Positions 59,362 to 64,000 of a stretch of DNA of 64,000 nucleotides are shown here, piece by piece; the first letter of the stretch is position 1, and the number at the start of each line of letters is the position of its first letter. The stretch spans positions 123,643-187,642 of the forward strand of contig PDSJ01000010.1 in NCBI GenBank assembly GCA_002748425.1. Direction: 5' to 3'. This DNA is from a candidate division KSB3 bacterium (GTDB taxonomy: Bacteria; Moduliflexota; Moduliflexia; Moduliflexales; Moduliflexaceae). Position numbers and translations under genes: made by a program. The notes beneath the pieces are model-generated. The model worked only from the letters and a program-made list of their open reading frames with translations. It made no database searches and was not told the origin of the DNA.

Positions 59362-60840
59362 ATGAACACGTTACAGAACGATCTGCTTGCTGCGTTGAAA
59401 GACAGCCTGGCTGTGCCGGATTTTGACCGAAAGGCCCTCTCCAGCGCTATCGTCCATATTGGTGTCGGAAATTTTCATCGGGCCCACCAGGCGTATTACA
59501 TGCAGCAGCTTATGGAAAGAACCGGGGACAGGTGTTGGGGGATTTACGGGGTCGGCGTGCTCGATCAGGATAAAACGCTTTCTGATGCCTTGAACGCGCA
59601 GGACTGTCTGTATACCCTGACTGAGAAGAGCGAGACTGACGTTGCAAAAGACAGGGTGATCGGAAGCCTGCTCTCCCATAGCATGCTGTCGGAAAATCGA
59701 CGTGAAATCATCGAAAAAATCGCCCATCCCAAGACGAGCTTGCTCACCTTTACAGTGACCGAGGGTGGATATAATATCGACGATAGCAGCGGTGAATTTT
59801 TGCTGGAAACGCCGGCGATTCAGCACGATTTGAAGAATCCTTCAGAGGCCCGAACGTTCTACGGCCTGCTCTATGCAGCCCTGAAAAAGCGCCGGGCAGC
59901 AGGCATTGCTCCGCCGGATTTGCTTTCCTGCGATAATGTCGAGATGAATGGCTCGGTGTTGAAACAGGGACTCCTGGCCTATACGAAGCAGATTGATCCG
60001 GAGATGGCCGCTTGGATGGAAGAGCAAATCGCTTTTCCCAATGCGATGGTCGATAGAATCACACCGGTCACGTCAGCCGCGGACCGGGAGTACGTGAACG
60101 CACAGTATGGATATAGCGATGACTGTCCCGTGCCTTGCGAACCGTTTATCTTATGGGTGATCGAAGATACCTTCACGCAAAAACGCCCGGCCTTCGAACA
60201 ATTGGACAATGTGTTTCTCGTCTCTGATGTCCGTCCCTATGAAAAAATGAAAATGCGGCTTTTGAATGCCGGCCATGTGTTGTTTGCGCACATGGCATTG
60301 ATGGAAGGGCATGAGTTTGCGTGTGACTTTATGAACGCCGCGCCTTTTGATCCGGCGATCGAGACGATGATGCTGAAAGAGGCGTTACCCTGCGTGGGCG
60401 CGATTTCAGAGATGGATGTCATGGAATTTCTGAACAATACGATCGTTCGTTTCAAAAATCGGGCGATCAAAGATCAAACGTCACGTCTGGCGAATTTCAC
60501 GTCGGAAAGAGCGCCGAAATTTACGCTGCCCAGCATTGTGGATAATATTGTCAGAGATGGAACAGTGTCTCCTCTCTTAACTCTGGGAACGGCCGGATGG
60601 TGTGATTACCTGTCAAAAAATGACGGCATCGTTGATAAAATGGCTTCAACGCTTGTGAAAACAGCCAAAAAAGCGGTAGAAGGAGAAAGCCGCGTGTTTG
60701 TGCAGGAATTAGAGACGATCTTTCCGCAGCTTCTTCGGCAGCACGAGCCGTTTCTTGCGCTCTTCGATCAAGCGCTCTCCGCGATACGGACTCAGGGACC
60801 GGCAGCAGCGATTACACAGTTTCTTAAAGAATATTACTGA
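59362..60840 (+). CDS. Mannitol dehydrogenase family oxidoreductase (mannitol 2-dehydrogenase / fructuronate or mannonate oxidoreductase-like)
   Basis: HIGVGNFHRAHQAYY N-terminal signature. 492 aa long-chain mannitol dehydrogenase family. Confidence 0.85.
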   Translation: MNTLQNDLLAALKDSLAVPDFDRKALSSAIVHIGVGNFHRAHQAYYMQQLMERTGDRCWGIYGVGVLDQDKTLSDALNAQDCLYTLTEKSETDVAKDRVIGSLLSHSMLSENRREIIEKIAHPKTSLLTFTVTEGGYNIDDSSGEFLLETPAIQHDLKNPSEARTFYGLLYAALKKRRAAGIAPPDLLSCDNVEMNGSVLKQGLLAYTKQIDPEMAAWMEEQIAFPNAMVDRITPVTSAADREYVNAQYGYSDDCPVPCEPFILWVIEDTFTQKRPAFEQLDNVFLVSDVRPYEKMKMRLLNAGHVLFAHMALMEGHEFACDFMNAAPFDPAIETMMLKEALPCVGAISEMDVMEFLNNTIVRFKNRAIKDQTSRLANFTSERAPKFTLPSIVDNIVRDGTVSPLLTLGTAGWCDYLSKNDGIVDKMASTLVKTAKKAVEGESRVFVQELETIFPQLLRQHEPFLALFDQALSAIRTQGPAAAITQFLKEYY

Positions 60841-60864
60841 TCTGAAAACTCACGATATTTTCTT

Positions 60865-60901
60865 CCCCTCTCGTGAATGTTGTAGACATTCACGAGAGGG
60901 G
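60865..60901. terminator. Bidirectional terminator hairpin between convergent genes
   Basis: CCCCTCTCGTGAATG-TTGTAGA-CATTCACGAGAGGGG, a perfect 15-bp stem. Confidence 0.5.
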
Positions 60902-61007
60902 GACGTTCAACACGCTAGCAGCTTGCCTTCCTGACCGCTGGTCTCCATTTCGCCTGGATTCGTCGTTGTGTCGCCGCAGTCATGAGATAAGGCACAACCG
61001 CACTCTT

Positions 61008-61316
61008 TCAGAGACTGAGCTGATAGAGTGCAACAGCGATAACTGCTGCAATAACCACTAGATACGCTGGAAGTTTCCAAAATGAGAGAAGCACCGCTAC
61101 CCCCCCTCCTATCAGTCCTGGAGTCAGATTGTGAGCATCAATGTGCAGGATAGCAGGAAAAATTAAGGCTGCTAATGCCGCATACGGAATTCCTTCCAGC
61201 CATTCTCTGATATAATGATCTAAACGAACTCTGGAAAACACTAACGGCAAGACTCGTGCTAATGCCGTCACAACAGACATGCCGACCAGCAAGATAAACA
61301 TTTCAGGTGATAACAT
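61008..61316 (-). CDS. azlD: Branched-chain amino acid exporter small subunit AzlD
   Basis: 102 aa, 3-4 transmembrane helices, immediately downstream of the azlC-like gene. Confidence 0.65.
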   Translation of the reverse strand: MLSPEMFILLVGMSVVTALARVLPLVFSRVRLDHYIREWLEGIPYAALAALIFPAILHIDAHNLTPGLIGGGVAVLLSFWKLPAYLVVIAAVIAVALYQLSL

Positions 61317-61317
61317 C

Positions 61318-61998
61318 TCAAGTCCTCTTCAATAGCGGGAAAATCGCAGGTGATACGACTGTCGCCACAACGAGCGCCCATCCTTCCGGCAGAACCTGTC
61401 TGACAATGACATTCAGCATGACAGCCAGTATGACAACCGGAAGATATTTTTGCTTCTTCAGTAATGCAGGAACAAGTAACGCAATAAACATGGCATAGAG
61501 AGCAATATTCATTGCGCTTTTGAGACATGCAGGAATGAGTCCCGAGGCCTTCACCCCTGCGTATGTTCCCAAACACCAAGCCCCAAATGCGCAGAGTATA
61601 AGGCCGTAGATCGCCGTTTCAGTTCGCATCTCCGCATCTTCAGATAAGCTGATAATGGCAAATGTCTCATCAGTTAATCCGAGAAAACACATCGCCTTTT
61701 TCGGAACAGAAATATTTTCCAGGCAAGGGAGCAGTGAAAAGCCCATGATAAAATGTCGGGAATTGATAACAAGGGTCGCAAGCACGATTTGTACAATCGG
61801 TATGCCGTTCCCAAGCATGCCGATTGCCATAAACTGGCTTGCACCGGCAAAGACACTCAGCGACATCAGCACTGGAAAAAGAGGGGGAAAGTGATAGCTT
61901 TCTGCGACAACACCGAATGAAATCGCGATGGGGACATATCCAATCATAACAGGAAGAGACGCTTTGACGCCTTTTAAAAATACTCTTTTCTTGTCCAT
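61318..61998 (-). CDS. azlC: AzlC family branched-chain amino acid exporter permease
   Basis: 226 aa with SLPVMIGYVPIAISFGV AzlC-type N-terminus. Confidence 0.75.
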   Translation of the reverse strand: MDKKRVFLKGVKASLPVMIGYVPIAISFGVVAESYHFPPLFPVLMSLSVFAGASQFMAIGMLGNGIPIVQIVLATLVINSRHFIMGFSLLPCLENISVPKKAMCFLGLTDETFAIISLSEDAEMRTETAIYGLILCAFGAWCLGTYAGVKASGLIPACLKSAMNIALYAMFIALLVPALLKKQKYLPVVILAVMLNVIVRQVLPEGWALVVATVVSPAIFPLLKRT

Positions 61999-62077
61999 AG
62001 CTTTTGTTTAAAGATGTTCCTGCATTCGATCGTGTTGAAATGCCATGAGCTACGCAGCAGTTTAAACCCTTCTCTCC

Positions 62078-62689
62078 TTATCGATATATTGATCTTGCGA
62101 CGTTAAACGCTAAGGCTATCAGGACAGCACCAATAATTCGTTTGAAGCAGACCAACCTGCCGTTCAACCAGACGAAGACCCTGTTTGACGAAAAGACAAA
62201 AGCCACAATGGCAAACCATAGCAAGGATTCCAGACAAAGCAGCAGCAGGATGACAATTGTATCCGAGAGCGGAGCATGCGGCTTGAGGACTTGAGGCAGC
62301 ACCGAACTGAAATACACCATCGCTTTGGGATTCAGGAGGTTCGTGAAAAAACCTGTTGCAAAGGCATTGCCTGTCTCGGTTTGAACTGCCTGGGTCGGAC
62401 TTTCACCCTGTGACAGTAAACTTTTGACACCAAGCCAGCCCAGATACAGGGCCCCCGCATACGCAAGAAGTCTTGACAGGACGGGGAGGGCCGACAGCAC
62501 AAGCGACAACCCAAAGGCGCAAATCATGACATAGATGCCGATCGCCGTGGCAATCCCTGATGCAGCCAGTACTCCAGCTTTTCTGCCGTTCAGCACTGAA
62601 AGCCTGGTCGTCACGGCAAAGTCAGGCCCCGGCGAAATCAGTGCGACTGCATGAACAGACAGCACGATACGTAAAGAACTTATGTCCAT
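62078..62689 (-). CDS. LysE/RhtB family amino acid exporter
   Basis: 203 aa, 6 transmembrane helices, N-terminal LISPGPDFAVTT motif. Confidence 0.8.
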   Translation of the reverse strand: MDISSLRIVLSVHAVALISPGPDFAVTTRLSVLNGRKAGVLAASGIATAIGIYVMICAFGLSLVLSALPVLSRLLAYAGALYLGWLGVKSLLSQGESPTQAVQTETGNAFATGFFTNLLNPKAMVYFSSVLPQVLKPHAPLSDTIVILLLLCLESLLWFAIVAFVFSSNRVFVWLNGRLVCFKRIIGAVLIALAFNVARSIYR

Positions 62690-62975
62690 AACTATTTCCT
62701 AACGTTGTTTCAGGCACAATGAGATGAAGCAGGTGCAGGTGACACTTCTGCATTCAAGACATGTTCAGCAGCTTTTTCAGCGTGAGTATCTCCTTGTGTC
62801 AAGAAACATATTGAGATCTTTTACAAAAGATGATTTATCCTTTCCATCAGTTGCCAAATTATGGTCGCTTGTTCGCGAGACGCATAGCGATTATTTTTCC
62901 AATATGGCTACTGTGCGTTTGGGCTGTTCTTGTAAAAACTTGACAGGACAGCCTGTCTGAGGGAAAAGGATCGCT

Positions 62976-63911
62976 ATGATACTTTGCGTAGGACTTACTC
63001 CCGTATATCAAAGAACCTTGACGATCGAAGGATTTCAGATCGATCGCGTCAACCGAGTGAAGCCGGGGATTCTCGAAAGTAGTGCCGGCAAAGGCATCAA
63101 TGTTGCCAGAACGATCAAAACGTTGGGGCATGATGCGCTGGTAACGGGTTTTCTCGGTGGCGATACGGGAAAATACGTTCAGAGCGCGCTTGCGGAAGAA
63201 GGGCTGAGAGCCGATTTCGTTCACGTCACGAATGCCACCAGGATTTGTACAACGATCATCGACCCTCAGCAGCAGACATATACCGAAATCGTCGAAGAAG
63301 GCCGTCCTGTTTCAGACAGTGAAATCGAGCAGATCTGTCAGCTATACGCTCAGCATCTTGCCGACTGCCGATTGGTCGCGATTGCCGGCTCGGCACCACA
63401 GCGGGTTCCACATGATATTTACGCTGATTTTATCCGTGCAGCCCACACCCTTCATAAACCGGTTCTTGTGGATACGCAGAAGAAGCTGCTGCTTCACAGC
63501 CTCGATGCCAGGCCTTTTCTCGTTAAAATTAATCGCGAAGAGCTTGGAGCGGCCTTTCAACAGCAGATCGATTCGACGGAAACGCTGTTTCACCTGATCG
63601 ACAGGCTGCACGAGCGAGGCGTTGAATGCGTCCTGATCAGTCATGGCAAGGACGCGTTGCTGCTTTCATATGCCGGCAAGCGTTGGCGCATCTTTCCGCC
63701 TTCAATTCAAGCTGTCAACCCGATCGGATCGGGTGATGCTGTGCTGGGCGGGCTGGCCGTCGCGCTGTCCGAGGGCCAAGCCCCTGTTGAGGCCGCACGT
63801 CTCGGCACGGCCTGCGGCGCGGCAAATGCCCTCACACTCCTTCCCGGCTCCATCCGTCTTGAGGATGTGGCGCGCTTTAAAGGCGACGTTCACGCTGAGC
63901 TCTGCTCCTGA
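62976..63911 (+). CDS. PfkB-family carbohydrate kinase (1-phosphofructokinase / tagatose-6-phosphate kinase-like)
   Basis: AGKGINVAR N-terminal motif. C-terminal NPIGSGDAVLGGL ATP-binding motif. Confidence 0.8.
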   Translation: MILCVGLTPVYQRTLTIEGFQIDRVNRVKPGILESSAGKGINVARTIKTLGHDALVTGFLGGDTGKYVQSALAEEGLRADFVHVTNATRICTTIIDPQQQTYTEIVEEGRPVSDSEIEQICQLYAQHLADCRLVAIAGSAPQRVPHDIYADFIRAAHTLHKPVLVDTQKKLLLHSLDARPFLVKINREELGAAFQQQIDSTETLFHLIDRLHERGVECVLISHGKDALLLSYAGKRWRIFPPSIQAVNPIGSGDAVLGGLAVALSEGQAPVEAARLGTACGAANALTLLPGSIRLEDVARFKGDVHAELCS

Positions 63912-64000
63912 AATGCTGTAGGACGCTTCGCTCAGCTAAAAAGATTCTTTTTTCACTTGACAAATTTCTTTGAAGACTTATCTTAAAGTTAGTAATAAAT

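Noticed and set aside
60873-61061. 62-aa ORF starting inside the terminator hairpin
   Set aside because: It starts within a perfect 15-bp stem-loop and overlaps azlD antisense. It is a structural element, not coding.
62724-62960. 78-aa ORF in the LysE / 1-phosphofructokinase intergenic region
   Set aside because: It has no Shine-Dalgarno and low-complexity sequence. The region is more plausibly a promoter/operator, since it contains TTGACAGGACAGCCTGTC with a 6-bp inverted repeat just before the kinase gene.
1-64000. Searched for CRISPR arrays, integrase or transposase genes, prophage modules, and toxin-antitoxin pairs
   Set aside because: No regularly spaced direct repeats were found. There are no tyrosine or serine recombinase, DDE transposase, or phage structural motifs. 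The tandem repeats present (86 bp at 13545 and 42 nt at 51643) are two-copy only.

Overview
Bacterial chromosomal window, about 50% GC, standard genetic code (TGA, TAA and TAG all terminate intact genes). Most of it is housekeeping and carbohydrate metabolism: ftsH, an M48 peptidase, a LacI-regulated dehydrogenase/isomerase operon, thpR-cinA-pgpA, asnB plus an all-minus-strand Wzx/Wzy-type polysaccharide cluster, fabD-fabG-acpP-rnc, a nicotinate phosphoribosyltransferase, ppdK, prmC, two hybrid sensor kinases with an NtrC-type sigma54 activator, a sugar/polyol ABC transporter with dehydrogenases, azlCD, a LysE-family exporter and a 1-phosphofructokinase-family kinase. Five things stand out. 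(1) A tRNA gene with anticodon CUU (Lys-like), 25633-26039, whose anticodon loop is split by a 334-nt ORF-less insertion with group-I-intron hallmarks. (2) An ECF-like sigma factor divergent from two 177-aa secreted proteins with about 30-aa G-N-I-type repeats, followed by a CsgG-like lipoprotein; this may be an undescribed secretion or fibre module. (3) A decayed TPR-CHAT (caspase-like) gene downstream of an intact outer-membrane beta-barrel gene, then a low-GC stretch of surface-protein fragments with an in-frame TGA and DUF5648-like repeats. (4) A perfect 86-bp tandem duplication across the start codon of the M48 peptidase gene. (5) Two near-identical sigma54 promoters (GG-N10-GC) in front of the second hybrid kinase and the ABC-transporter operon. 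No CRISPR array, integrase or transposase was seen. The ORF track uses TTG and GTG as starts, so several gene starts were moved to internal ATGs that have Shine-Dalgarno support.
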